Assembly: GCA_947260025.1 (NCBI GenBank)
Contig: CAMYON010000008.1
Span: forward strand, 19,242-83,241
Length of the DNA: 64,000 nucleotides
Direction: 5' to 3'
DNA from: an uncultured Gammaproteobacteria bacterium
Lineage (GTDB): Bacteria; Pseudomonadota; Gammaproteobacteria; GCA-001735895
Part shown: positions 9,377 to 19,323 of the stretch, piece after piece
How positions within the stretch are numbered: the first letter of the stretch is position 1
Layout of the letters: every line of letters begins with the position of its first letter
Position numbers and translations under genes: made by a program
Notes under the pieces: generated by a model
The model's database searches: none
Seen by the model: the letters and a program-made list of their open reading frames with translations, nothing else
Told to the model about the DNA's origin: nothing

Positions 9377-9886
9377 TTAGTCAATAAAATCGAGCAGGCG
9401 ACGCCAGTCGGCAAGCTTTTGCTCGAAAGACATCCCGGCATGCGCCGGGCTGGTCGACGGCATTTTTATCAACTCGATAACCGAAGAATTCGGCAGCTGC
9501 GGCACTACCAGCCGTCGGAAGTATTTCTCCGAAGTCGCGCCGTTGAAAACGATCGCGCGTATTGCCGGATATTCCTCGAGCAGGCCGAGAAAGTCATTCG
9601 CGCGCACGCTGTCGGCATCGATGTTCGAATCGAGACTGCCGGGGCGATGACAGGCCTGCAATGTATCCCACAGGATCAATGGCAATTTTTCGAGTTCACG
9701 GACGCGGGAGCGGTAATTTGCCAGATGATCGATGCCGAACAGTCGAGCCATGATCGGCCAGAAGGCATTGCGAGGGTGCGCGTAGTATTGCACGGCTTCG
9801 AGCGACGCCACCCCGGGCATACTGCCCAAAACGATGATGCGCGGATTGGTTCCGATAATCGGCGCAAACGACTGTACCCGGGTCAT
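9377..9886 (-). CDS. DNA-deoxyinosine (hypoxanthine) glycosylase, UDG family 6-like
   Basis: The 169-aa product begins ...PRIIVLGSMPGVASLEAVQYYAHPRNAFWPIM..., which matches the family pattern (iLiLGS.PS..SL....YYahP.N.FW). The assignment is from memory of the family. Confidence 0.7.
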   Translation of the reverse strand: MTRVQSFAPIIGTNPRIIVLGSMPGVASLEAVQYYAHPRNAFWPIMARLFGIDHLANYRSRVRELEKLPLILWDTLQACHRPGSLDSNIDADSVRANDFLGLLEEYPAIRAIVFNGATSEKYFRRLVVPQLPNSSVIELIKMPSTSPAHAGMSFEQKLADWRRLLDFID

Positions 9887-9904
9887 GTGCGATCTCTGGT
9901 CAAG

Positions 9905-10492
9905 CTACTGTTCGGTTGTCAGTTGTTGCAAAACACCCTGCGCGATGCGCGCCCGCAGTGCAGACACGCCGTCGAGCACCCCGTCGAAGTTCTCTGCCCA
10001 GACATACTCACCGCTGAGCGCATCGATAAGTTCCACTTCGACGCGAAGCCTGACACCGGCTCGGCGCACGCCGCCCTCGAGCACGTAACCTACGCTGAGG
10101 TTTTCCGCAACGTCACGAATCCTGTATTTCCTGCCTTTATATTCGAATACCGGATCTCGCGCTGCCACGAACAGGGCAGACATCCCGGACATATCGATTA
10201 TCAGGTCTTCGGTCATGCCGTCGATCAAGCTTTCCTGGTTTTGATCGTCGCTCAAATTGGCAAACGGCATCACCGCAATAGAGGGCTTATCCGGCAAGGG
10301 TGAGGCCATACGTTCGACAGAAGCCGGCTCGACCCGTCGCTCCGACCAGGGTTCGAACCACAGCACAATCGCGGTCGTCAGAACTACCATGAACAGAGCG
10401 GCAGTGCGCCACTCGATAAAGGATGAGCTGTTTAACGCCGCTGTCTTTACCAACGGCTCTCCGTTTTCATCTGGCGGGTCAGGCTGCTGCAT
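9905..10492 (-). CDS. Membrane-anchored protein with TolB-N-terminal-like domain
   Basis: It has one N-terminal TM helix. The block SIAVMPFANLSDDQNQESLIDGMTEDLIIDMS that follows is typical of the periplasmic domain preceding TPR or cyclase modules. No catalytic motif was seen. Confidence 0.5.
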   Translation of the reverse strand: MQQPDPPDENGEPLVKTAALNSSSFIEWRTAALFMVVLTTAIVLWFEPWSERRVEPASVERMASPLPDKPSIAVMPFANLSDDQNQESLIDGMTEDLIIDMSGMSALFVAARDPVFEYKGRKYRIRDVAENLSVGYVLEGGVRRAGVRLRVEVELIDALSGEYVWAENFDGVLDGVSALRARIAQGVLQQLTTEQ

Positions 10493-10622
10493 GAGTTACT
10501 CTATTCCACGAATCTCGTCAGTATAAGACCGTTAAACTGAAAAGAAAAAGGCTGGAACGAGTGGCTGGCGCCCGCAATTACGCGCTAATAGCGCGAAATC
10601 CGGTTACCTGGGAGAGTATGAC

Positions 10623-10643
10623 TACCGCGGCTAAACCGCGGTA
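10623..10643 (-). other. Perfect 8-bp stem-loop 12 nt downstream of the rho stop (no U-tract)
   Basis: TACCGCGG-ctaaa-CCGCGGTA. It could be a transcript-end or stability hairpin. It lacks the T-run of a canonical intrinsic terminator. Confidence 0.35.
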
Positions 10644-10654
10644 TGACAGCGTCG

Positions 10655-11911
10655 CTACTTTTTCATCTGGTCGAAGAATTCGAGATTGGTCTTGCTGGTC
10701 TGCATGCGGCCGAGCACGAATTCCATCGCCTCGATCTCGTCCATCGAGTGCAGGAACTTGCGCAGGATCCAGACTTTTTGCAACTCTTCCTGCTCGATTA
10801 GCAGCTCTTCGCGGCGTGTACCGGAACGGTTGACGTTAATCGCCGGAAACACGCGTTTCTCGGCGATGCGGCGATCGAGGTGAATTTCCATGTTACCGGT
10901 ACCCTTGAACTCCTCGTAGATAACCTCGTCCATCTTCGATCCGGTCTCGATCAGCGCGGTCGCGAGGATCGTCAGGCTGCCGCCCTCCTCGATGTTGCGC
11001 GCGGCGCCGAAGAAACGTTTCGGACGATGCAGGGCATGCGCGTCGACACCACCGGTCAATACCTTGCCCGATGAAGGGATGGTCGTATTGTAGGCGCGCG
11101 CCAGGCGTGTAATCGAATCGAGCAGAATCACGACATCGCGCTTGTGCTCGACCAGGCGCTTGGCCTTTTCGATCACCATTTCGGCAACCTGCACGTGGCG
11201 GCTGGCGGGTTCGTCGAAGGTCGAAGCGACGACTTCACCTTTGACCATGCGCTCCATCTCGGTAACCTCTTCCGGACGCTCGTCGATCAGCAACACGATC
11301 AGGTAGCACTCCGGATGATTGCTCGCGATACTTTGCGCGATGTTCTGCAGCATCAACGTCTTACCCGCTTTCGGCGGCGATACCACCAGTCCGCGCTGTC
11401 CCTTACCGATCGGTGACACCATGTCGATAATGCGTGCGGTAATATCCTCGGTGCTGCCGTTGCCGCGCTCGAGATGCAGGCGTTGATTGGGATGCAGCGG
11501 CGTCAGGTTTTCGAATAAGACCTTGTGCTTGACGTTTTCGGGCAGATCGAAATTGATCTGATCGACCTTGAGCAGCGCAAAGTAACGCTCGTTATCCTTG
11601 GGTGGCCGGATCTTACCGCTGATGGTGTCGCCGGTGCGCAGGTTGAAGCGCCGGATCTGGCTGGGCGACACGTAGATATCGTCGGGACCGGCCAGATAGG
11701 AACTGTCCGCCGAGCGCAGAAAGCCGAATCCATCCTGCAGGATTTCGAGCACGCCCTCGCTGAAAATATCCTCGCCCTTTTTCGCCTGGGATTTGAGAAT
11801 GCTAAAGATAATATCCTGGCGACGCATGCGGGCCGAATGATCGCCCCCCATACCCTTCAGGGTTTCGATTAACTCGGGGACGGTGTTTTGCTTCAGCTCG
11901 TTTAGATTCAT
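10655..11911 (-). CDS. rho: Transcription termination factor Rho
   Basis: The 418-aa product shows near-identity along its length to the canonical Rho pattern (MNLNELK..., GFGFLR, Walker [14 protein letters not shown]). It has the trxA-rho synteny. Confidence 0.97.
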   Translation of the reverse strand: MNLNELKQNTVPELIETLKGMGGDHSARMRRQDIIFSILKSQAKKGEDIFSEGVLEILQDGFGFLRSADSSYLAGPDDIYVSPSQIRRFNLRTGDTISGKIRPPKDNERYFALLKVDQINFDLPENVKHKVLFENLTPLHPNQRLHLERGNGSTEDITARIIDMVSPIGKGQRGLVVSPPKAGKTLMLQNIAQSIASNHPECYLIVLLIDERPEEVTEMERMVKGEVVASTFDEPASRHVQVAEMVIEKAKRLVEHKRDVVILLDSITRLARAYNTTIPSSGKVLTGGVDAHALHRPKRFFGAARNIEEGGSLTILATALIETGSKMDEVIYEEFKGTGNMEIHLDRRIAEKRVFPAINVNRSGTRREELLIEQEELQKVWILRKFLHSMDEIEAMEFVLGRMQTSKTNLEFFDQMKK

Positions 11912-12053
11912 ATCAAGAGTGCACAGATGCAGGGTTGGAGAACAAAGACGTCAGAACGGCCTATGGGTGAAATCGGGACTTGTTCGGTTTTTTATAAAGG
12001 GGATTGCCGACGGGAACGCGGCAACGATTAAAAAGAGGTTAGCACATGAAATA

Positions 12054-12087
12054 GGGGTCGTCTACCTAATAGACGACCCTTTTTTTC
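12054..12087. terminator. Strong hairpin between trxA and rho (10-bp perfect stem flanked by A7/T7)
   Basis: GGGTCGTCTA-cctaa-TAGACGACCC (12055-12079) has T7 on the plus strand (12080-12086). On the minus strand an A-run precedes it and CTATTT follows. Confidence 0.5.
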
Positions 12088-12100
12088 TTAATTTTTCAGG

Positions 12101-12427
12101 TTAGATATTGCTGTCGAGAAACGCGGTTAACTGGGACTTGGACAACGCGCCGACCTTGGTAGCTTCGACCTCGCCGCCTTTGAACAACATCAACGTCGGG
12201 ATACCGCGAATTCCGTACTTGGGGGGCGTATTCGAATTCTCATCGATATTGAGTTTGGCGACCGTGAGCCGTCCGTCATACTCGTCCGCAATTTCCTCGA
12301 GGATCGGTGCGATCATCTTGCAGGGGCCGCACCATTCCGCCCAGTAGTCAACCAGCACAGGAACGTCTGCCTGTATCACATCGGATTCAAAGCTGTCATC
12401 CGAAAGGTAAACAATTTTGTCACTCAC
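12101..12427 (-). CDS. trxA: Thioredoxin 1
   Basis: From the GTG at 12427 (GGAG 6-7 nt upstream) the 108-aa product [16 protein letters not shown]...[15 protein letters not shown]...[12 protein letters not shown] aligns colinearly with E. coli TrxA. The 132-aa track ORF is an upstream over-extension. Confidence 0.95.
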   Translation of the reverse strand: MSDKIVYLSDDSFESDVIQADVPVLVDYWAEWCGPCKMIAPILEEIADEYDGRLTVAKLNIDENSNTPPKYGIRGIPTLMLFKGGEVEATKVGALSKSQLTAFLDSNI

Positions 12428-12590
12428 GCGTGTCTCCAGCCCCATGGCTTTATCAAATTGGACCGACAATTTAGTCGCATCAGAATTAAGTGTCAACAAT
12501 GTAGAAGCTTTTCAAATCACAGCGCAGCTTTTTATGCAATTTGATACCATAGTCCGATTCAACTACGAACTGACGAGAAACAGCAAATAT

Positions 12591-13931
12591 ATGGGGCAAC
12601 AACACTTAACCGAGCAGCAATTCGGCTCACTGGAGCTGGATCAGCGCTTACTGGGCGCTTTGCAAAGGCTTGATTTCAACTATTGCACGCCGATACAGGC
12701 CAAATCGCTGCCGCTACTGCTGGCGGGCAAAGACGTATCCGGCCAGGCACAGACCGGAACCGGCAAGACGCTGGCCTTCCTGCTCGCGATCGCGCAACGA
12801 CTGCTGACCTCGGAGCAACCCGAGACGCAGCCTCGCAAACCGCGTACCCTGGTGCTGGCGCCGACGCGCGAACTCGCGATACAGATCCACAAGGATGCAG
12901 AAATGCTGTTCCAGGATCTGCCGCTGCGGCTGGCCATCTGTTACGGCGGCAAAGCCTACGAGCAGCAGAAAAAACAGTTCGACGAACCGGTCGACGTATT
13001 GATTGGCACCCCCGGCCGCCTGATCGATTTCTTCAAACAGCGCCTGTATGACTTCAAATCGATCGAGGTCATGGTGCTGGACGAGGCCGATCGTATGTTC
13101 GACATGGGCTTCATTTCCGATGTGCGCTTCATGTTACGGCGACTGCCCTCCCCCGAGAAACGCCTGAATATGCTGTTTTCGGCGACCATGGCGCAAAAGG
13201 TCATGGAGCTGGCCTATGAACACATGAACCAGGCGCAGCTGATCAAGATCGACGCCGATACGCCCGCGGTGGAACGCATCGAGCAGAGCGTCTACCATCC
13301 GGCCAACCATGAGAAAATTCCGCTGCTGCTGGGCCTGATGAAAAAACTGCAGCCGCAGCGCAGCATCATCTTCGCCAACACCAAGTATGCGACCATTAAG
13401 ATCTGGGAATACCTGCAGGGCAACGGTATGTCGGCGGCGATCATTTCCGGCGACATTCATCAGAACAAGCGCGAAAAGCTGCTGAAGAAGTTTCACGATG
13501 GCGAGTATTCCATCCTCGTCGCGACCGACGTGGCCTCGCGCGGACTGCACATTCCGGACGTAACCCACGTTTTCAACTATGATTTACCGGAGCTGGGAGA
13601 AGACTATGTGCATCGCATCGGCCGCACCGCGCGTGCCGGTAAATCGGGAGCCGCCATCAGTTTCGCCTGTGAAAATCATGCAATGAACCTGATAGATATA
13701 GAATCCTATACCAACCGGGCGATTCCGACGATGTCGATCAGCAACGATTTGCTGGTCGAACCCGCGCCGCCGGTGAAGATGAAGGGCGGGCGTCTGAAAC
13801 CAGGTGCCAGGGGCGGCAGGCCCGGTGGGAAGCCTGGCGGCAAGCCCGGCGCGGGCGGGCAACGTCAGCGGCCAAGGCACCGCAAGGGACCACCGCGCCA
13901 ACATAACCAGCGTAACAAAAAAGCAGTATGA
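12591..13931 (+). CDS. rhlB: ATP-dependent DEAD-box RNA helicase RhlB
   Basis: From the ATG at 12591, MGQQHLTEQQF...TPIQAKSLP...AQTGTGKT...DEAD...SAT...HRIGRTARAG aligns with the E. coli RhlB N-terminus (MSKTHLTEQKF). It has a Gly/Arg/Pro/Lys-rich C-tail and is divergent from trxA as in E. coli. The track start at 12417 overlaps trxA and is rejected. Confidence 0.9.
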   Translation: MGQQHLTEQQFGSLELDQRLLGALQRLDFNYCTPIQAKSLPLLLAGKDVSGQAQTGTGKTLAFLLAIAQRLLTSEQPETQPRKPRTLVLAPTRELAIQIHKDAEMLFQDLPLRLAICYGGKAYEQQKKQFDEPVDVLIGTPGRLIDFFKQRLYDFKSIEVMVLDEADRMFDMGFISDVRFMLRRLPSPEKRLNMLFSATMAQKVMELAYEHMNQAQLIKIDADTPAVERIEQSVYHPANHEKIPLLLGLMKKLQPQRSIIFANTKYATIKIWEYLQGNGMSAAIISGDIHQNKREKLLKKFHDGEYSILVATDVASRGLHIPDVTHVFNYDLPELGEDYVHRIGRTARAGKSGAAISFACENHAMNLIDIESYTNRAIPTMSISNDLLVEPAPPVKMKGGRLKPGARGGRPGGKPGGKPGAGGQRQRPRHRKGPPRQHNQRNKKAV

Positions 13932-14896
13932 GCAAGCAGCGCAATATATTACTTCTCGGCGGCAGCGGATTTATCGGCAAGCAGCTTGCCTTCGCGCTCG
14001 CTAATCGCGGCTGGCAGGTAACCGTTACCAGTCGCCGGCCGCATCGCAACCGCGATCTGCTGGTGCATCCCGGTATCCGGCTGCTGGCCGGCAATATCAC
14101 CGATCCGACCAGCCTCAGGGAGCTATGCGACGGGCAACATGCGGTGATCAACCTGGTCGGGATACTGCACGAGAAGCGCAAGGGCGATTTTCGCCGCATA
14201 CATGTCGATTTTATCAAGACCGTGGTCGATGCCTGCAGCGATTCCGGCATCAAGCGTTTACTGCACGTCAGCGCGCTGGGCGCCGACCAGGCAACCGGCA
14301 GCAGCCTGTACCTCCGCTCCAAGGGCGAAGGCGAAAACCTGCTGCATACCTTCGGTCAACGCGGCCTTCAGGTCACCAGCTTCCAGCCCTCGGTGGTGTT
14401 CGGCAAGGGAGATAACTTCATCAACCAGTTTGCCGGTATTCTCAGGTGGATGGTCGGATACTTCCCGCTCGCCTGCGCCGACAGTAAACTGCAACCGGTC
14501 TACGTGGGCGACCTGGTCGCCATGATCGTCGACGCGATCGACGACCCTGACAGTTATTCGAAACGCTTCCAGGCCTGCGGACCCGAAGTGTTTACCCTGC
14601 AACAGATTCTCGAACTGATCATCACCACGCTCGGACTTCCGGTACGTGTGCTGCCACTCGGCAAGGGATTGTCGCGCTTACAGGCGCTGATCCTGCAAAA
14701 CCTGCCCGGCAAGCTGTTCACGATGGACAACTATCGCTCGCTGCAAACCGACAACGTCTGCCACGACTGCGAGTTCTGCGAAACCAGCCTGCGGCAATAC
14801 ATCCAGGGACTGTCCGTCATGTTCGGCAACAAGAGCAACTACGACCGCTTTCGCAAGAACTACCCCGCATCCGGAAATCCGGAGGGCCATTCGTGA
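13928..14896 (+). CDS. NAD(P)H-binding atypical SDR (NDUFA9 / NmrA-like family)
   Basis: It has the Rossmann motif ILLLGGSGFIGKQLA. The 322-aa length and pattern are those of complex I NDUFA9-like proteins. It has an ATGA overlap with rhlB and a GTGA overlap with cca. Confidence 0.75.
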   Translation: MSKQRNILLLGGSGFIGKQLAFALANRGWQVTVTSRRPHRNRDLLVHPGIRLLAGNITDPTSLRELCDGQHAVINLVGILHEKRKGDFRRIHVDFIKTVVDACSDSGIKRLLHVSALGADQATGSSLYLRSKGEGENLLHTFGQRGLQVTSFQPSVVFGKGDNFINQFAGILRWMVGYFPLACADSKLQPVYVGDLVAMIVDAIDDPDSYSKRFQACGPEVFTLQQILELIITTLGLPVRVLPLGKGLSRLQALILQNLPGKLFTMDNYRSLQTDNVCHDCEFCETSLRQYIQGLSVMFGNKSNYDRFRKNYPASGNPEGHS

Positions 14897-16128
14897 AGAT
14901 ATACCGTGTCGGCGGTTGCGTTCGCGATCGCCTGCTCGGACTACCGGTAAAAGACATCGACTGGGTAGTAACCGGCGCCACCGTCGAGCAGATGCTCAGC
15001 CTTGGATACAAATCGATCGGCAAGGACTTCCCGGTATTCCTGCATCCCGACAGCAAGCAGGAATACGCGCTGGCGCGCAGCGAGCGCAAGACCGGCCCCG
15101 GTTACACCGGTTTCGAAATCGATGCCGATCCAGCGACCACGATCGAACAGGACCTGTTGCGGCGGGATTTGACCATTAACGCCATGGCCGAGGACGAAGA
15201 CGGCACTATCGTCGATCCCTATGGCGGGCAACGGGATCTCGAAGCCAGGTGCCTGCGCCACGTTTCCGCGGCATTTGTCGAGGATCCGGTGCGAGTGCTG
15301 CGCGTTGCCCGCTTCGCCGCCCGCTATCGTAGCCTGGGTTTCACAGTAGCCGACGACACCCGTGACCTGATCCGCGAGATAGGCGAGTCCGGCGAACTCG
15401 AAGCGCTGGTGGCGGAACGCGTATGGTCCGAACTATCGCGCGCCCTGGACGAAGCCGACCCGGCCGTTTTTTTTACTACCCTGAGGGATTGCGGAGTACT
15501 CGGCCGACTGTTCCCGGAAATCGAAGCCCTGTTCGGCGTGCCGCAAAACCCGAAGTACCACCCGGAAATCGACACCGGGCTGCATGTCATGATGGCTTTA
15601 CAGCAAAGCGCGGCGCTCGGCCACGACAATGAAACCCGCTTTGCCGTGTTGATGCACGACCTGGGCAAGGCGACGACGCCTGCCGAGGTGTTGCCGAGCC
15701 ACTACGGACACGAGGCGCGCGGTAACAAGCCTGTCAAGCGCTTCTGCCAGCGCTGGCGAGTGCCGAAGGCGCACACCGAACTGGCGCTGATTACGACCGA
15801 GTTACATTTGCTGGCGCATCGCAGCAGGGAGCTCAAGGCTTCGACCCTGCTCAAACTGCTTACCAGGGCCGACGCCTTACGCAAGCCGGCTCGCTTTCAG
15901 AAAATGCTCGACGCCTGTCGGGCCGACATTCGCGGCCGCAAGGGAGGCGAGAACGATGCTTATCCCCAGGCCGAATTCCTGACCGACCTCGCCGACAGGC
16001 TGCGCAACCTCGACATCACCGAGTTTCAGCAGCAGGGGCTCTCCGGAAAAGCCATGGGAAGGGCGATCAACGATGCGCGCCTGCGCCTGATAAAACAGCA
16101 AAAGAAGCTATTGGATAAAGCGGGCTAA
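14893..16128 (+). CDS. cca: Multifunctional CCA-adding tRNA nucleotidyltransferase with HD domain
   Basis: MKIYRVGGCVRDRLLGLPVKDIDWVV... and ERKTGPGYTGF are present. The HD motif (LMHDLGK) is in the C-terminal half. Confidence 0.93.
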   Translation: MKIYRVGGCVRDRLLGLPVKDIDWVVTGATVEQMLSLGYKSIGKDFPVFLHPDSKQEYALARSERKTGPGYTGFEIDADPATTIEQDLLRRDLTINAMAEDEDGTIVDPYGGQRDLEARCLRHVSAAFVEDPVRVLRVARFAARYRSLGFTVADDTRDLIREIGESGELEALVAERVWSELSRALDEADPAVFFTTLRDCGVLGRLFPEIEALFGVPQNPKYHPEIDTGLHVMMALQQSAALGHDNETRFAVLMHDLGKATTPAEVLPSHYGHEARGNKPVKRFCQRWRVPKAHTELALITTELHLLAHRSRELKASTLLKLLTRADALRKPARFQKMLDACRADIRGRKGGENDAYPQAEFLTDLADRLRNLDITEFQQQGLSGKAMGRAINDARLRLIKQQKKLLDKAG

Positions 16129-16527
16129 ACGCTGGTCGACATAGGCTAGAAGGCGCTTCAACGGCGTAAAGTAAAGCGCCGTACCGATCAGGATGCCGCC
16201 GCCGTTGGCGACAACATCGGCCCATTCGGCAAACCGGTACGAGGTCGTTCCCTGCAACAATTCGAGCACAATTCCATAACCGAGCAGGCCGGCAACCGTC
16301 CAACTCAAGACAAGCCGGTTAGAAGCCAAAAGCCCGAACCAGGCACCCAGCACGGCGTAGGTAAGGACATGCGAAACTTTATCGCTAACCCCGACCTGGG
16401 GTGCCGGCATCAGCGACACCACGCCCACCAGCAGCAGCATCAACGCGCCGAGCAGATACCAGGCCTTGATAAACTTGAGACCGGACGGCTTGCCGACCGG
16501 ATTACTGCTGTTTTCAGTTACGGCCAT
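16108..16527 (-). CDS. VanZ family membrane protein
   Basis: The 139-aa product has four hydrophobic helices and DKVSHVLTYAVLG / ELLQ motifs typical of VanZ-like proteins. It overlaps the cca 3' end convergently by 21 nt. Confidence 0.65.
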   Translation of the reverse strand: MAVTENSSNPVGKPSGLKFIKAWYLLGALMLLLVGVVSLMPAPQVGVSDKVSHVLTYAVLGAWFGLLASNRLVLSWTVAGLLGYGIVLELLQGTTSYRFAEWADVVANGGGILIGTALYFTPLKRLLAYVDQRLARFIQ

Positions 16528-17330
16528 CAGTTCAGCAAGATGTAAATCGCGAGCCCGAGCAATATGCGGTAAATCACGAACGGCAACATGCCCAGTTTAT
16601 CGACCAGGCGCAAGAAATAGTGGATACACAACCCGGCGCTGATCGCCGACAGCAACACGCCGAGCAGCAGGTCGCTCCAGGCAATCGGATTAACCTCGGT
16701 AAACATACGCTCGGTCTCTAGCACGCCGCTGGCAAAGATAACCGGCATTGCCAGCAGGAAAGAAAACCGTGCCGAGGCCTGTCGCGTCAGCCCGAGGAAC
16801 AGTCCCAGCGTAATCGTTATCCCGGAACGCGAAACCCCGGGTATCAGGGCCAGCACCTGGAACCAGCCGATGAGCAGCACATCTTTCAGCCCCAGTTGAA
16901 ATTCGTCGCGCTCGCGACGCGCTTTGGAGTCGGCAAACCATAACAGCAAGCCAAAGGCAATCGACGCCGTGGCCACCACCCAGGGGTCACGCAGCTTTGC
17001 CTCGACCGGCCCCTGCAAAAAGAAGCCGAAAACAACCGCCGGCAGCGTACCGATAATCACCCACCAGGCCAACCGGCTGTCCTGGTCGGATTCGCCGCCG
17101 GATACGCTGCGCAACCAGGACTTCAGCATGCGCCAAACCTCGTCCCGAAAATAGTAAACCACCGCGATCAGCGAGCCGAAATGCACCGCCACGTCGAACA
17201 CCAGTCCCTGGTCAGGCCAGTTGAAAACCTGAGGCACCAGGATCAGGTGGGCCGAACTCGAAATCGGTAAAAACTCGGTGAGGCCCTGCATCATCGACAG
17301 AATAATGAGCTGCAGCTTATCCAATTGCAC
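16527..17330 (-). CDS. uppP: Undecaprenyl-diphosphate phosphatase
   Basis: Signature motifs are GLTEFLPISSSAHL and PGVSRSGITI. The polytopic membrane protein is 267 aa and has a GTG start. Confidence 0.93.
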   Translation of the reverse strand: MQLDKLQLIILSMMQGLTEFLPISSSAHLILVPQVFNWPDQGLVFDVAVHFGSLIAVVYYFRDEVWRMLKSWLRSVSGGESDQDSRLAWWVIIGTLPAVVFGFFLQGPVEAKLRDPWVVATASIAFGLLLWFADSKARRERDEFQLGLKDVLLIGWFQVLALIPGVSRSGITITLGLFLGLTRQASARFSFLLAMPVIFASGVLETERMFTEVNPIAWSDLLLGVLLSAISAGLCIHYFLRLVDKLGMLPFVIYRILLGLAIYILLN

Positions 17331-18498
17331 CTCTGCGTTGCATCGCCGGCATCTCCATCTCCAGGTTCTTCTGCAGAGCGAGCACCTTGAAGCGGCTTCC
17401 CATCTCGTCCGGCATGGTAAGGGTTTTCACCTGTTGTGAGAGCGCTAACTGCTTTTCGATATCGCTATCCTCTGATTGCTGCTGCGCCAGTTCGAGCAGG
17501 CCATTGCCCAGTAGAAACTGCCGCTGGGAGACCAGCCCCAGGATACCGAAGCCACTGGCAACGGCGGCGTCCGCGCAGGCGTCGAAGTCGATGGACGCGG
17601 TAATATCCTGCAATCCGGGATAAACCAGCGGATCGCTGTGCGAACGATGCTGGTAGTAGCAATCCAGCGTGCCGCGACGGCGCTCGGGATGATAATACTC
17701 GTCCTGTTCATAACCATAGTCGATGATGACGACCGCCGCTCGTTCGCAACTCTGCGCCAGCGCGCGGAACCAGGGCCCAAAATTAAGGTTTACTTCACAC
17801 CGGTAGTCCTGCGGAAATTCTCCCAGCCTGGACTCGACCCCCTGAATCGCTTCCAGCACCCGCGCCCCGGGCGCAAATGTTTGCCAGTCAAATCGTTGAC
17901 CGTCATAGCCAACCCCGAGCTCGAGCCAGCCGTCCTGCTTGAGCAGCATGTGCACCGGCATCGCGTCCAGCACTTCATTAGCGAGAACGATGCCGTCGAA
18001 GCCTTCGGGCAGACCGCTCAGCCATTCGATTTTGGCAAACTGCTCGGGGCTGAGGCAGTTACCCAGGTAATTCTGCTGACGCAGTTTCAGCTCGCCGCTC
18101 AGGTCAAGGATCAGGTAGCGCTCGAGCTCCGGCAGCGCGGTCAGTACATGGCCGCACAAGCTACCGCTACCGGCGCCAAACTCGAGAATCCGGGCACCGC
18201 ATCCCTGCTCGATCAACGCGGCCGCCTGGCGCGCCAGGCTAGCGCCGAACAGGGGGGAGATTTCAGGCGCAGTGACAAAATCGCCGCAGGCACCGAACTT
18301 GATCGCGTTGCCAGAGTAGTAACCGAGTCCCGGTTCATACAGGGCCATGCGCATATACTCCTCGAAGCCGATCATGCCACCGGATTCCTCGATACGGGCG
18401 ACGATCGCAGCTACCAACCGCGTGCTGTGCGCGATTGCATCGGCGTCGGGCTGCGGCAACTCCAGCCCCTGCGCATCAAGACCAGGCGATGGGTTCAT
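17317..18498 (-). CDS. Class I SAM-dependent methyltransferase (DUF185 / NDUFAF7-like)
   Basis: The 393-aa product carries YYSG...GDFVTAPEISPLFG and ILEFGAGSGSL motifs characteristic of the DUF185 family. It overlaps the uppP start by 14 nt. Confidence 0.75.
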   Translation of the reverse strand: MNPSPGLDAQGLELPQPDADAIAHSTRLVAAIVARIEESGGMIGFEEYMRMALYEPGLGYYSGNAIKFGACGDFVTAPEISPLFGASLARQAAALIEQGCGARILEFGAGSGSLCGHVLTALPELERYLILDLSGELKLRQQNYLGNCLSPEQFAKIEWLSGLPEGFDGIVLANEVLDAMPVHMLLKQDGWLELGVGYDGQRFDWQTFAPGARVLEAIQGVESRLGEFPQDYRCEVNLNFGPWFRALAQSCERAAVVIIDYGYEQDEYYHPERRRGTLDCYYQHRSHSDPLVYPGLQDITASIDFDACADAAVASGFGILGLVSQRQFLLGNGLLELAQQQSEDSDIEKQLALSQQVKTLTMPDEMGSRFKVLALQKNLEMEMPAMQRRGAIG

Positions 18499-18577
18499 CG
18501 TCTTTCCGGATCTGGAGGCAATAGCTTAGCGTCTGCTGGCGGGGATGATATGATTGCAATTTTAGGTTTCTGTAGTA

Positions 18578-19312
18578 ATGCTGTTATCAGACAAGACCGC
18601 GCTGATTACCGGTGCGGCTGGCCGCCTGGGTGCGCAGATCGCCCGCACTCTACATCAAAACGGTGCAAATCTCATTATCCATTACCGCAGCTCGGAGAGC
18701 GCGGCACAAGCGCTGGTCGCCGAACTCAACCTGCAGCGCGAGGACTCGGCCTGCGCCCTGGGTGCCGACCTGGCCTCGCAGCAGGAACTGGAACGACTCG
18801 CGACCGCGGCCTGCAGTCAATTCTCCGGGCTTGACCTGCTGGTCAACAACGCCTCGAGCTTCTATCCCACCCGGTTCGGGGAGATCGATGCGAGCCAGTG
18901 GGATGACCTTGTGGGCAGCAACTACCGGGCACCGCTGTTCCTGTCCCAGGCCTGCTACCCGGCATTGAGACAGTCCCGCGGCGGCATCATCAACCTGGTG
19001 GATATTTATGCGACCATGCCATTGAATCGACACAGCGTGTACTGTAGCGCCAAGGCCGCCAACCAGATGCTGGTCAGGTCGCTGGCACTGGAACTCGCGC
19101 CCGAGGTGCGCGTCAACGGTATCGCTCCGGGCGCGATCCTGTGGCCTGACTCGGGCGATTCCGACGACTACCAGCAATCCATCCTCGAGCAGGTTCCGCT
19201 ACAACGCTGCGGCACACCCCAGGTGATAGCCGACACCGCGTTGTTCCTGGCCACCAACGATTACATAACCGGCGAAATCATCCGCGTGGATGGTGGCCGC
19301 ATGCTGCGATAA
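18578..19312 (+). CDS. Pteridine reductase-like SDR
   Basis: TGAAGRLG, NNAS and YCSAK motifs are present. The pattern (IHYRSS..., LVNNASSFYPT) is typical of FolM/PTR1-like pteridine reductases. folK and folB lie nearby. Confidence 0.7.
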   Translation: MLLSDKTALITGAAGRLGAQIARTLHQNGANLIIHYRSSESAAQALVAELNLQREDSACALGADLASQQELERLATAACSQFSGLDLLVNNASSFYPTRFGEIDASQWDDLVGSNYRAPLFLSQACYPALRQSRGGIINLVDIYATMPLNRHSVYCSAKAANQMLVRSLALELAPEVRVNGIAPGAILWPDSGDSDDYQQSILEQVPLQRCGTPQVIADTALFLATNDYITGEIIRVDGGRMLR

Positions 19313-19323
19313 CAAGGAACACC

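Noticed and set aside
12417-12590. The long N-terminal extension of rhlB, and the 24-codon extension of trxA to 12499, suggested by the ORF track, which make the two divergent genes overlap.
   Set aside because: Alignment to E. coli RhlB and TrxA N-termini places the starts at 12591 (ATG) and 12427 (GTG with GGAG). The extensions would occupy each other's promoter region.
17638-18834. A 398-aa plus-strand ORF spanning the DUF185 methyltransferase (antisense) and the start of the pteridine reductase gene.
   Set aside because: It runs across an intergenic promoter region and two well-supported genes. Its composition is Arg/Gly/Ala-rich shadow sequence.
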